Assembly (NCBI GenBank): GCA_028534125.1
Contig: CM052817.1
Span: 40,240,001 to 40,304,000 of the forward strand
Direction: 5' to 3'
Length of the DNA stretch: 64,000 nt
DNA from: Lama glama
Lineage: Eukaryota
The position numbers and the translations under genes are program-made. Below, one piece after another: positions 1-13,800 of the stretch (within the stretch, counting starts at the first letter, position 1; each line of letters starts with the position of its first letter). The notes beneath the pieces were generated by a model. That model saw only the letters and a program-made list of their open reading frames with translations. It had not been told where the DNA came from and searched no databases.

Positions 1-1609
1 TTGATTCCTTCATTTTTTTCTAGAGGGGCCTACATTCTAGTTTGTTAGAAGTTCCACTGTGGTTGCACATCTGAACTAGAGCCTCCAGTCTAGCAGCACT
101 TATGACAGCACTAAAACTTGATATTTTGATGCTCCATCTCTTGTACTTGGTTCCAAACTTATAAGAGGGAGAAAGGAATGTTATTTATTGTCTTTATAAT
201 ACTTTAGTGCTGGCCAGTGGACATGCACTTTTCATTCCAAAGATATATAGTGAACATCTTCTGTTTGTCAAGTGCCATTCTAGGCCCAGAAAACATACCT
301 GTAAACTAGATAGTCTGTGTCCTCAAGTAGCTTATATTAGGGGGCAGGTTTTTCTGTATGGTTTGATTTTCTTTTAAACCTTGTACATACATAATTTTAT
401 AATAATAAATGTTTTAATTGCTTAGGGAAGGAAAGAACTAACTAGATGGATGGTTAGGGTTCAGTAAGTTAAGTGGAAAGTCACAAACAAAAGCAAAGAT
501 TCAAAGGCAGGAGAGCAGATAGTAGAGAAAATCAGACAAGAGGAATGAGAGATTAATTAAATCCAAAGAACGGATTTACAAGTGACATAATCAAAGGTCT
601 GTTATCTGGGAAGATTAGTCTGTAGCATATTGTAAGGATTGGAGGAGAAAAGATGAACAATAGGCCCGCAATCATACAGCAGTTCAGAGTGAAAAGAAGA
701 GTTCGGCAGAGTAATGGCACTGTAAAAGGAAGAAATAAATCCAGGGAATTTAAGAAAAGATCAGTACCTAGACCTGAGGAATGAATACTAGAGGCCAGAG
801 GCAGAGTTCTGAGCCTGCTTAATAGGAGGAGAGCAAACCTCCTATTTGGGAGCCCTGTAGAGAAATGAAGCTCCAAACCAGTGGCAAGACCTGAGTGCTT
901 ATATACTAGTTTGAACAAAGAATGGCAGTTGTGGAAAAGTAACTAAAATATGTAGGGAGACTGGAGGGAAATAATTTTTATTTAACAAGGTCTGTTTGTA
1001 CAGATTTTTCCTGGTCTGCACTCCCATCTCTGGTGAAAAAAATGTTTCTTTCCTCCCAGTGGAGGGAGAGCAGCTCTCATAGGGGAGTTTCATCTCCTTT
1101 CAGAAAGAGGTCAGATGCCTTTCTTGCTCCTGCTGTCTTTTGGTATTCTTTAGCTCAAAATAATTCTTATGACAAATGGCATATTTTGGAGTGGCATATT
1201 CTACTACCTTTTAAAACTTAGAGCCTAGACTAGAAGGTGAGGCAAATACGTATAGCTAATAGTTGAATCAAGAGTTACCTGTGTATGTAGTATATACCGA
1301 GGGCATTCCGGATAGCACAGGTGACATTTGCCCGGGCCTTGAAGAGAAGTTGTGTTGCGTATGTGGAAGTTAGTAACAACAAACAGGTGAGAAACTGGGG
1401 GCACAGTAACTAGGACATTTTATCTAGAAGGTGGGTGGTGTGAAGAGGAATAATTGATAGCTGGGGTCAGACTGGAGTATGGGAGAGCGTATCAGCGAAT
1501 TGCATCGTGTTTAGGCCACAGTACTTTCCTTTCGCGGGTTTGCAGTAAGCATGTTTTGGGGCTGCATCCTCGTGGTTTGAGTTGATGTAGTTTATTTGTT
1601 CTGTTCTAG

Positions 1610-1846
1610 TTCGGAGGCAAACTGGTTACTTTTGCGAATGTCAGGCCACAGCCTCAGCAGGGGGTCGAGCCGCAGGTGCTGCAGAACCACGTGTTCATTA
1701 GTCAGGTGGTGACGGAGAAGGAATTCCTCCGCCGCTCCGACCAACTCCAGCAGGTCGTGCAGTCGCAAGGATTCGTCAGTTACTGTCAGAAAAAGATCGA
1801 TGCTTCTCAGACTGAGTTTGAAAAAAACGTGTGGTCCTTTTTGAAG
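1610..1846 (+). CDS. SEC31A: SEC31A coding exon (FGGKLVTFANVRPQ...NVWSFLK), 237 nt, phase 0/0
   Basis: ttctag|TTCGGA ... TTGAAG|gtaaag; 79 codons, no stop. Confidence 0.96.
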
Positions 1847-4800
1847 GTAAAGTCGGTATTAAACCATTTTATTTCATTATCTGCACATTCAGCTACTCCC
1901 ATCATACTCTAAATCTGTCTTCCTGTCAAAGAAACAGTGGGAAGCATGGGATTTCCGGGATCTCATGATGGAATTAAAGAAACCTTATGAAGAGCACATG
2001 AGCTAACACTTTATGTCAAGAGTTCTTCCTTCTTTGCTTTGAAAAGCCTAATATGAAATACTTTTTTAAAAAGCAAAAAATGGTATAATAAATGTTTTAA
2101 AATGAGAGAGACATAACACTCAGCAGACCTATTTTAAAATTAGAACATAGAGCTTAGTATAATGAATACATAGAGTATGTAATTTTTGAAGTAGATCTGG
2201 TTAGGGAAAATGGTAAAAGAGGGAAAATGTGTAGGGGTGAGAGGTTGTAGGCATTTCTCATCCTTTTTACTGAGTTGCATTTATGACAGAATAACAAATA
2301 GAATTTTCTGGTTGATCATTTTACTTCCCCTAGAATGTCTGTTTCTCAATTCTGAATTTTCCAAAAAGAGATCTTGAATACAGTAAGGTTAAATTTATTT
2401 TTATATTTGGTGAGTAAGTATTAGTTTTAAAAAAGAGTTTTAGGACATTGAATGTTTCACATAATGTGAGTTTTGCATTCATATAACCTTTGGACATGAC
2501 TTTGTTTTTACAAAAATTAGTTTAAAAGTAAGCTTTAGTCAGCCGGGAATATTAGTTACTAGTACACTTACTATTTAAAAAAATAACTTCTTAAAAAAAT
2601 ACTATTCTTTGATTCTCTTACAGTGAACCTTCTAGTTGATATAGTAGACTTTAGATATTTTAACCATTCCACTTGGAATTTGAGCAGTTAATTAAAAATT
2701 AGGCCTTTAAATGCAGGTCTTTGTTCAAGAATATGTCTTTTTTAAAAGGTAAACTTTGAAGATGATTCTCGTGGAAAATACCTTGAACTTCTAGGATACA
2801 GAAAAGAAGACCTAGGAAAAAAGGTAAACTTTGGGGAAAGTTTAAAGGCTGTCCTTACACGGGTGAAATATTTATGTAGCATAGGTTTTTTTTTTTTTTT
2901 TAAGTTCTCACAAATTATTTCAAATCATTGAATAAACATTTAATAAGAGTTTGTGCTTGGTAGCCAAAGTTTTGGATCCATGTTGTTAAACATGAAACTC
3001 CTCATTACACCTGGATTTAGGAGCTGCCAGAACCACCTTTAATTCAAACTTGTTTTGAAGAGCTGTATTAGGGAGTATTGGGCCTTGAAAGAAGAGAGGC
3101 TGTGAACCTGGAACACTGTGGAAATAACACTTAGATTTTTAAGAGGATGTATAACCAATGGCCCTGGAAGAAAGAGAGAGGGAAACTGTTCGTGATCACC
3201 TTGCATTCACTACAGTTTAAGTGATGAAAAATAAGGTACTATTTCAAGCTCTCACAATTTACCACCCTAGCTGTTTATGCCTTCAGCTGGTAATTCCCAA
3301 ACTGTGTATTGAGTTGATCCAGCTCATTAGTAACTGATAAATATTTTGGAACAAAGGTAATTTATTGTACTGAACCTGAACAAACAAAAAGCTCAAGTGA
3401 TTTGCTTAGCATTTTAACTTAAAAAAAAATCCCTCTTTAAAAACAGGAGGTCATATCCCAGTTTTACAGTTTTCTTCTCAAAGAGGGGTTTAATAATTAT
3501 TCCACATGGTTGACATGAACAGCAGTAAAAATACTCTGACTACGGAAATCTTGAAGGAAGTATTTTAGATTCTGAGCATAACCTGTATTAGCCCTTTGTC
3601 ATTGTTTCGAAATGACTAGAGTTTTCTACAGTTGTAGGCTTATCATGTATATGGAATAGTACTGAGCACGGTGAAGATTAGTGCTCCTTTGATGTCAGAC
3701 AGACCTGGGGTCACATCACAGCCCCCACTGCTTACTGGCTACGTGTCTTTGCTCACTCTTTTAGATTTTTTATATTTAACTTTATTATTAGTCTAAACTT
3801 CTTGATGCTGTAACCTTTCTTTGGTTTGCAAAAGATTAGTATGAAACTTTAACTACATATCCGATAGCAAAAAATGAGAAAATAGAATTTGTCAAAATAC
3901 TTCTAATAGCAGTTCTTTCCATAGTGAATCCCTGAAGAAATATTTTTAAAAGTTATAGTTATCTTACTTGAAACAAAGAAGAAGAAGATATGCTTGTTTT
4001 GAGGTTAGTTTGGCAGTAGATGACATGTGAGCAGTAGAACTCCACATGATTGAAACTAGGACCATTGAGAATCTGTACAAATTTTCTCCTTTTCTTAAAC
4101 ATTCAATCCCTGATCTGAACTTCTTTGGATTTTTGCCAATGAGAATGGAGTAAGAGGTGAACGATTGCTATATGGCTTGAAATAGAATTCCATTTAGTAG
4201 GTGAATTGGGTTTTTTTATTTCAGATTGCTTTGGCCTTGAACAAAGTGGATGGACCTGATGTGGTAAGAGAAACCCTTTACAAATAACTACCTTCTGAAA
4301 TTTTGATTTAGGTCATAAGGAAATGTAATTTAAGAAATTTATTTTATTGCTTTACAGTTAGAAAAAATACTGACTATAGGAATTTTAATACAAGAATAAT
4401 TCTCATTTTAAAATAGTGTAAGTTTTACCTGGTAGATTATATTCTCTTGACATTATTTGAATTTTGCAAAAGAGTTAAAATGAAATCATTGACTGCTCAG
4501 ATACTTCAGGTTAAAATCTTGGTTGCTCAGGGATATTTGGTAGGAAAGAAAGGCTAGGTCTTAACAGTAATGACTCTCTGCTTTTGCTCTAATGGTGTTT
4601 CTCAAATAAATTAGTTGCTTCTTATGAATGTTGTTGGTTGGGTCTTTTGTCTTCTTTGTTCACTAATAACCTTTTAATGCAACTTTCTTCAACTCCTTCC
4701 GTAATTGTTTTGTGTACCAAAGGCTCTTAAAGACTCTGACCAAGTAGCACAGAGTGATGGGGAGGAGAGCCCTGCTGCTGAAGAGCAGCTATTGGGAGAG

Positions 4801-7800
4801 GTATTTATTTTTTCATTTTCAATTACATTGGGGAAATATATGATATTTGTTTATCTCACACTGAAATAATGGGAAATTTTCTTAATTACTTGTTCCAAAA
4901 TAAAGCTGGAGTTTACTTTCTTAGAGATTCTTAGGATAGGAGTCCATTTACTAGCTTGATGGAGGTATCATCTCTAAAATTTTTAGTTCTCTGACCTAGC
5001 TTCTGAATTATGTGGTTTAAAATTATGTGGTTTAAAACAACAGTTGATGTGAGATTGACTTAACTTGGTCACATTGCCTTCTATGTAGAGTTAGTATTTT
5101 TTCTTGGCACATTAATATTTAGGGCTCACTAGCAGTGGCATAGGCTTCTGAATTAATTTTGAAATTTGAGTTTAAGTACAGAATGTTTCACTAAATAAAC
5201 TGATTATTATGATTTACTATAAACGTGTCCTGAGTTCTATTGACAATTTTTATAACTAGTTAAAAAAGAGTCCTTGAACACAGAGTTGTGTCATTCTTTT
5301 TTCCTTTGAATTTTCTGAGTTTTTTTTTAAACCACTAATAATTCTAAAATTTACTTTTCTTGCTTTCTAAATTATATTTCATCTTGGAAAATTAATCAAC
5401 AAGTACTTATTTCTCATCTCATATTTGATTTTTTCATTTTTCTTTGTGATTTGGGGTTATCCTGACTATGTAAAGTTTCTTACGGTTTTTTACCAAGTTA
5501 TAAAAATAATTAATCACTAAATTTAGACTACTACAAGATTATTATTAAAAACATTTTCCTTAGAAGTAGATCTCACATTTTATTTAGCCTGAGAATAAAG
5601 GAGACGGGTAAAGTCTTACTAAAAATTTGAACTAATTTTGGGAATACCTAGTCAGAATTATAAGATACATTAAGGAAATGTACTTTTATTTATATACAAC
5701 TGGATTAACTATTGTCCAGTACAGGGCCATTTGGAAATAAACTCATGAATTAAATATATAGGTAAATATGTATTTAACAGGACAGCAGTTACTGATATAT
5801 GCTTTCAGAATATTTGAAAAAATATTGTTTAAGGTCGTAATATCTTCCCCTTTATCTTGATAATGCTATTTGTTATAAAATAAAACATAGTAGCTTACAC
5901 ATTGAAGATACCCAACACATAATAAATTGTGTATTTTTGACTTTATGTATGTTTCAGAAGTCCATACATAAAGGTTTATTAGTAGTTTTTAGAAAGCAAA
6001 TTTTAACAATCGTTAAAAGAAGGAGAAGGGTTTTTTGGTTAAGTTTGTTAGGGAATGTAATCAGATCAATATCTGATTTTATTACCTAATGTGAATAACT
6101 TAAGTTTAAAAAAATTTTTATTTCAGTTCTCAAATTCTAAAATGCTTCATTGGGGAAAGAATTAACGCTATAGTTATTCTCTTATAATGGTCAATACTGG
6201 CTAATTAAACATTATTAACAGATGATCCTGTGTTGTGCTTTACACTAAAATTACCCAATTCAAAAATGCTCCTGGCTTTGGATACTAAGTGCTAACTTTC
6301 AGATGTGTAGGTAACACAAGCACAGAAGATAGGTATTTTATCTCATGTAAAACTTTTTTTTTTAATTTCTCTATAATCTCGTATATATTTTATTTTTCAT
6401 CTTCTGTAGAATTTTTATGCATAGAACAGAAAGCATTTAAAGTATTTGCCAGCAGTATGCCTCCATTATATTTCTTTTCTTCTAAAGAAAAAAAATATTT
6501 ATTTTTACTCAGTCTTACAAGTAGTCTCAGAAATTTATAGCAGAACTGTGTATATTCTTACCAGAGCAACCTGCTGTTCTAGACATGACTATTTTAAGAG
6601 AACACAAAATCTATAATTTAATGAGTATATTTATAATCTGTTTATATTTCATTTATGTAAGGATGCATGTGATTTTTTGTTTATGACTAAGTCAATTAAA
6701 ACAAAAAAGTTCTATTATAACTATACTTATTAGACAGGAATTTTTAGATCTATAGAAGTGAGGTTTTAAAATCTAAATATGGTGTTATTAAAAACATATT
6801 TTGTATGTTTCAAGGCTACTCTTAGTTGAAGTATCTACGAAAACAAAGATTCCTCAGCCTCAATAACTTCTGACCTACCAGTAATGGACATGTACACTTA
6901 AGTTTGTTTATTTCTGATGACTTTTATTTGTGATTATATAGTGAGAGTTAATACTTAGGGAAATTGTGGATCTTAGTGTAAACTTGAATCTGAGAACTTT
7001 TCTGAAATAACTTGCCATGTCATCCAGTCAGTAGGTGAATAATCATACATAAATTTTGTTTTGCTGGTAAATTATTCCAGTTTCATTCCAGCTAAATTGC
7101 TGCCCTTTCCATCTTTAGCGCACTGAAGAGGAAAAGCAAGAATCTGAATTTCTACCATCAGCTGGAGGAACATTTAACATCTCCATCAGTGGGGGTATCT
7201 GTCGGTTTCGATTTCTAATTTTTTTAACCATCTGAAAGCAAGTAGTCCCTAAGCTTAAGTTAGAAACATTTTGTTACAGATGGTAGATAATTGAAAAGAA
7301 CTCAGTTATCATTTAGCATATGTAATCAGTACCTTAAAAATGATAGTATGATCTAACCCTGTGTGATAGAAACTGTATAATGATCTTTATTACTACAGTT
7401 TAAACACTCTGGAAAATACATTATTTTACCTAATTTTATTTCCATACATCTCAGTATATTTTCATAGATATCAAGAGCTTATATTAGAAATTAATCCACC
7501 AGTAATATTTGAGAATGAGCATGTGTTCTCCATTGTATGTGTGTGTAAAAATTCATAGGTGTAGTGTTTTTTTCTTATAACAAAACTTTATTTAACTTAG
7601 GTATATTATTTCTTTATTGCAGATATTGATGGTTTAATTACTCAGGCTTTGCTGACGGGTAACTTTGAGAATGCTGTTGACCTTTGTTTACATGATAACC
7701 GCATGGCTGATGCCATTATATTGGCTATAGCAGGTGGACAAGAACTCTTGGCCCGAACGCAGAAAAAGTACTTTGCAAAATCCCAAAGCAAAATTACCAG

Positions 7801-10800
7801 GGTATGTTATTTTTAAAATAGATAAACAATAACACATTTGTAAAATAGTATACTCTTACTATAGATAATAGAAATGCAGAAAACAGTAAAGAACAAAAAA
7901 AACTACCCATAATTCCTTGATCCAAAAGTAGTTATTGCTGATAGCTTGGTATAATTACTTCAGATTTTGTTGTTACGTATGTATTTTTTTCAATGAAGAA
8001 TACCTTTCATATTTTTATTGTAGAAAAGTTAGAACATAGAAAATGTTAAAGATAAAAAGTTTAATATCCCATAATTCCGTCAGATTCATGCATACCCTTT
8101 AGTACCTCTTTCTATGTATTTGTAGAATTTTTAAAAACAAAATGAAGATTATATATGTATAGAGGGGTGGGTGATAGCTCAGTGATAGAGTGAGTGCTTA
8201 GCATGCACGAGGTCCTGGGTTCAATCCCCAGTACCTCCATTAAAAAAAAGAAAGATTATATATGTATAGTTTTACTTACAGATACTGTCACTTACATTGT
8301 AAGCATTTTCCCATATCGTTAAAGAGTCTTAGCAAAATTTTAATTGCTCTATAATATTCTATAAGTAGGGATATATTATTTCCCTTATTTGGGGATATTT
8401 AAGTGGTTTCTAATATTTTCCTAATATAGTTAAGATCCTGATAAACATCCTTGTGCCGAAAGATTTGTGTGAATTTCTAATTGTTTCATGAGGCTGTAGT
8501 TCTTGGAAAGGAGTTTCTGGTACAGAGGGTCTGTACATTTTTAAGCTTACTGATACTACATTTCTTTCCATAAAAGTTGTCCCAGTGTTCCGTGCCAGCA
8601 GCTTTGGTTGCTGTCAGTTTCCCAGCCTGTCTCAGTGTCACTCCCTCCCCTGCTGTTGTTTAGCCACACTGGCTGCCTTCACTTCCTCACACACTCCACG
8701 TGCCTTTCTCTCTCAGGACTTTGCCCCTAGTGATCCCTTGGCCAGGAATGTTTTTTTCTTTCTTGATGAAATTAATTCCAACTTCACATCTCAAATGTGT
8801 GTATGCTCAGAAAGTTTTTCCTGATCCTTCAGACCAAGTCATGTCTTCCTGTTAAATGTTTTAGTTACACCCTATACTTTTCGTCTCAGCATTTTATAAA
8901 ATATCTTAGTGTGATTCTTTTTTTTTTTTTTTGAGGAAAACTGATACTGTCTTTTATGTCATTTGGTTCAAGAATACACTTCAGTTTGCTGCTGCTTTTA
9001 TTCTATATGAAACGTTGAATAGTAGTTTTGAAAGAAATGATTGATTAGCCAGAGTTAATTTTTATTAATGCACCAAAGGCTTTTAATTCTCCCTTCATTT
9101 TCCTTTCCCAAGCTAATTACTGCAGTAGTGATGAAGAACTGGAAGGAGATTGTTGAGTCTTGTGACCTTAAAAATTGGAGAGAGGCTTTAGCTGCAGTAC
9201 TGACTTACGCAAAACCAGATGAGTTTTCAGCCCTTTGTGGTAAGAAAATGAGCTTTATATTATATTATGTATATGGCATGGACTATTGCAAATAAAATTA
9301 ATGACAGACTTTATGAGAAAATTTTTTAAGCCTTCTAATCACAAACAAGAAAACAAAGTTCTCATTTGAATGCTTTTCTGAGAATTACTAACTCCATTGC
9401 TTCTCCATACCTATTAGTCATTATTTTTAATAGTATTATTTAATGATACTGGTTTCGGACAGACCGAACTTGGAATCTTGCCTCTGCCACTTTATTAGCT
9501 GTACACCCTAGGAAAAATTAATTCCTAAGCCTTAGTATGGTCATATGTAAAATGACACATAGTCAGCTCTTATAAATGTTAATAAATGTTACCTTGATAA
9601 AATTAATAATTATAACATGTGAGTAGAAATTACCATTAAAGGCCATGACTAAACTGATAACTAGGGAATAAGACTCATTATTTGCAAAAGCAGAAGCTTT
9701 ATGCTGCTAGTATAAAAACAAACAACCATTTGCTTCCTTGAAACTATTATGAGAATACAGGATTACAGGATATTAACTTTATCATCATAAACAATTTATA
9801 GTAGTGCTAGCTACCATTGATGTTTATTCCAAATGTGCCATATTTTAGTCCACTGCTCACAAAAGCATCTGATGTGATGAAGTGCAGTTAAATGTTCATT
9901 AGAATTTTTCTGTTCAAGTATTGTTTCCATTATTAATTTTTTCTAATATAATGAATGGAAATCCATTCTACAACTAGGTATAGAATCTTATGAAATTGTT
10001 TATTATATCGGTTTTTCACATACTTCCCCTCATGTAACAAATAAATATTTACTGAACATTTACGTCACGGTGATTTTGTTTCTACCTGCCACTCATTGGT
10101 TATAAAGTTTAATCTATACTTCTGAAAATATTATTGGGCTGCTCATGACCTCATGTACAGATTGCCTTGTGTGTAATTTTGTTTTCCTCTTGATCTATAG
10201 ACCTTTTGGGAACCAGACTTGAAAGTGAAGGTGATAGTCTCCTGCAGACCCAGGCATGTCTCTGCTATATTTGCGCAGGGAATGTAGAGAAACTAGTTGC
10301 GTGTTGGACTAAAGCTCAAGATGGAAGCAACCCTTTGTCCCTTCAGGTCAGTGTCTTTGATACAAAAGGTGCTTCCTGTCTCCTTATATTCTAGAAATTG
10401 ATTTGTTCCAGAAATTCATTGCTTTTGCCCTCCTTAATTACACTTTAGGAGTTCTTTTGTTGAATTATGTGTATTTATTGCTATCTGTGGAGAGGCAGTT
10501 TGAGATGATGGGACAGTAAAATAGGAATGCAGCTGTTTGTGAAATCAAAGTTGATATGGTAGTTTATTGGGGAAGGTAGATGGCAAGAGCATGATAACAG
10601 CCCTAGAGTTTAACCTTTTCCTCCTGCCCCTTTCTCTGCCTCCAGAGATGCTGTGTGCTTTGGGCAAAGATAGAAGCAATGTAGGGTGAGGAAGGGGAGA
10701 CATTCCTAGTACAGTAGACATGGTTCAGGGAAAATGAAAGAAAGAAGTAAATGGAATCTCGTGTAGCACTAATACACAGGCAAGAGAGGAAGTAAAAAAT

Positions 10801-13800
10801 ATGGGGAATATTCTCAGGTTCTGAGAACTATAGATGTAGATTTTTTTCTTTCTAAGCATTTAATCAGCAAGCTGCAAGAAATTTCAGTCTAATATTTCTT
10901 TTTATCTCTGGAAAAAGAGTTTCTCAGTAAAGTTCTTGCTTTAAAAATCATTCTGTTGAAACCAAAAATCTTGTAGGAATCAAGGTTTTCCTTTTATTTT
11001 TGTTTTGTTTGTTTTGTTTTGTTTATTGTATCATTTACTAGTTTTGTTAATTTTGCTAGGTTCATGGACAGTGTTGCCTTTAGGGGGAGCTAGGTAAAGG
11101 GAACAGAGTTTTCTTTGCTATCTTGGTAATTCTTCTGTAAATCTAACATTCTTTCAAAATAAAAAGCTGAAGAAGCACTAACTTATTATCTTCAGGGTTG
11201 AAACATTTGATGACACACTCATCGGATGAGAGCCCCAGTGCTACACATTCTCACCAGCACGTGGTTTGGAAGGTTTTCCTTTTAAGTGCTTCTGAGGGAA
11301 AACAACTTGTTTCACACATCTGGATTTGTGTACTTATGAGGGGCAGTTGGGATATTCTTGTTCTTTATACCTGAAGCATAGCTCCCCATTGTTGGAAGAA
11401 TTGGCATTGAAGAACAACATGAGAAACTTTGGGTTGAAATACTAAGCCTGTTTGGGGTCACCTCTCAGTGGTACTATTTTTATTTTTGTATACGTAAGTA
11501 TGTTTCCTCTTACACCTGCTGCAACCCAGTGTCTGCCTTCAGATCTCTGCCTCTCCCCGTCACTTGGGATACTTGCCTTTTTTAGCTCACGAGTATCTGG
11601 CAGCTTAAGGATGTTTAGGAAAAGGTGGTAACCTATGTTTTATCTAGGAGTAAGAGGATACCTACTTTTTCAGTTACCTCAGTAGTGGCCAACTCTTCCA
11701 GACCTTTTTAAGATTGGTGATAATACTATATAGTATGTAGTATGTGGAAGGTACCGCACTTTTTGTAGACTTTGGAACTCTCAGTAACTCCTGATCTTTT
11801 CCTGCCTCCTCTTGGTACACATCTTGGTGTCATTGTCTGTTACTCCTTCACTGTCCCTTCTTTTTCTCATTTAGGATCTGATTGAGAAAGTTGTCATCCT
11901 GCGAAAAGCTGTGCAACTCACCCAAGCCGTGGACGCTAGCACTGTAGGAGTTCTTTTGGCTGAGAAGATGAGTCAGTATGCCAATTTGTTGGCAGCCCAG
12001 GGCAGTATTGCTGCAGCCTTGGCTTTTCTTCCTGAAAACACCAACCAGGTAATTAGAACTAACCATTTTTCTTCTTTCAGTGTATGAGTAAGGTAAGTCC
12101 AGTGGATAGCTCAGTATTAAACATAACACGTACTAGAAGGTGGAATATTTTGGAGCAGTTGAACTTCTGTCACCTGACTGTAGGTGAATATTATTGACAA
12201 TTCTTCAAAGATCATTTTAGGTGTATCCAGGCTGTGTCCGAGGGATGGGATGCTCTTATAGTATGATAGATGCCTTTGTACTGAAGGGCATGGTATTTGA
12301 GGAAAATAAATGAGAAAAGGACCACCTTTTTGTTTCTTAAGCCAAATGCTGACTCTGCACAAGATTCTTCGTAGGAATCTTCTGTGTTAAAAAGTTGTAA
12401 ATGTTAATACTTAAACACATTGGGGTTGTGATTTTAAAATTCCCACAAATGGCACCCCAGATATTAGTGAAGTTGTTCATTCTCTGTGCCATTTCAGTCT
12501 GATACTGTCTGTGTGTGAGTATATTTTTAAAGTATTCAAGGCAGAGGGAACTACATTACATTCCTAACTTAGTGTCCTTATTTGGTGTGCAGTAAAACTC
12601 AGTCTTTTTCATGATATTTGTTTCAGTTCAGTAAGTGACTAAATATATAGTGATAAATAAGATTGCCAGGATCCTTTGCCTGAAGGAGTTTCCAAACTCA
12701 AAATGACAGCAGAAGTAAACATGGTATTCCAAAGTGATAAGGACAGTGATAAAGCTAGTAGTGCTGTGGGAGCACAGAGGAGGGGAACTCAGTAACGGGG
12801 AGGGTGTAGCTCAGTGGTAGGGTGTGTGCTTAGCGAGCACAAGGTGCTGGGTTCAATCCCCAGTGCCTCCATTAAAGTGATAGATAAATAAATAAATAAA
12901 CCTAATAATCCCCTCCCCAAAAATTAAAAAATAAAAAATATAATTTTTACATAAAATATATAAAATATAAAAATAATTTTAAAAAATTTTGAAAACCGGT
13001 GACAGAGCATGGGTGGAAGCTAGTGTGGGTGTGAGGACAGTTTTCCGTAAGTAAGATATTTTTATCTGCAGTGTGTGTCTGCCAGAGCTTAATTTTGAGC
13101 CTTATATTGTTTCTATACTTTTTATTCTAAACTTTATTCTGTTTTTTGATAGATTTTTTTTAGTTAATTGTTTTCAGGATTGTATCTGTTCTAGGGAATT
13201 ACCAGTACATTTCACTGAGTAGTTTCATTGAGTAAAATACTACCTCTGTGTTCCTGGACTGTGGAGGTGTGGCTCTCTGCTTGGTTTTGTGTACACTTAC
13301 ATGTAGGATCCACCTCGAGTCCCCTTAGATTGTTAATGAGAATATTACAGTAGAAACATAGTCTTTATCTTTATGATGATTTAGGCATATTAGTTTTATG
13401 TGATTTTTCACTTAATAAGATCTCATTATTATATTGAGGTATAAGGGCCTTTATCTTAAGACTAACTTAATCTAAGACTTTAGATCTTCCAGCCTTAGAA
13501 TTAAACTCTATTTTCACTAGAGTATTTTCTGAGGAATATGTCCTGAGACTTTGTGACATCATTGTAGTCTATAATTCCCCTCCTTAAGGCAAGTTTACCT
13601 AAGTATACCCAAAAAGTTTAAGTGACATCTTTAAACTTTTAATGAATGTATAGAAATTTATAATTTTCATAGATATTAAGATGAATTCTTGCTGAAACAT
13701 TTTAACACATTGTTTTTTGTTGTTGTTTGTTAATACTTAGAATGTTTATATGGTCAGCTCATACTTATTTTAGATCTGTATAGTTGTAGATCTATATGAG

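Noticed and set aside
5006..5035. Direct repeat aattatgtggtttaa x2
   Set aside because: Simple 15-bp tandem duplication with no spacer array or functional context.
8163..8240. tRNA gene (A/B boxes, tRNA-like 5' end); likewise at 12797, 28470, 38285 and 56703
   Set aside because: A-rich tails, target-site duplications, several diverged copies and imperfect stems indicate tRNA-derived SINEs, not functional tRNAs.
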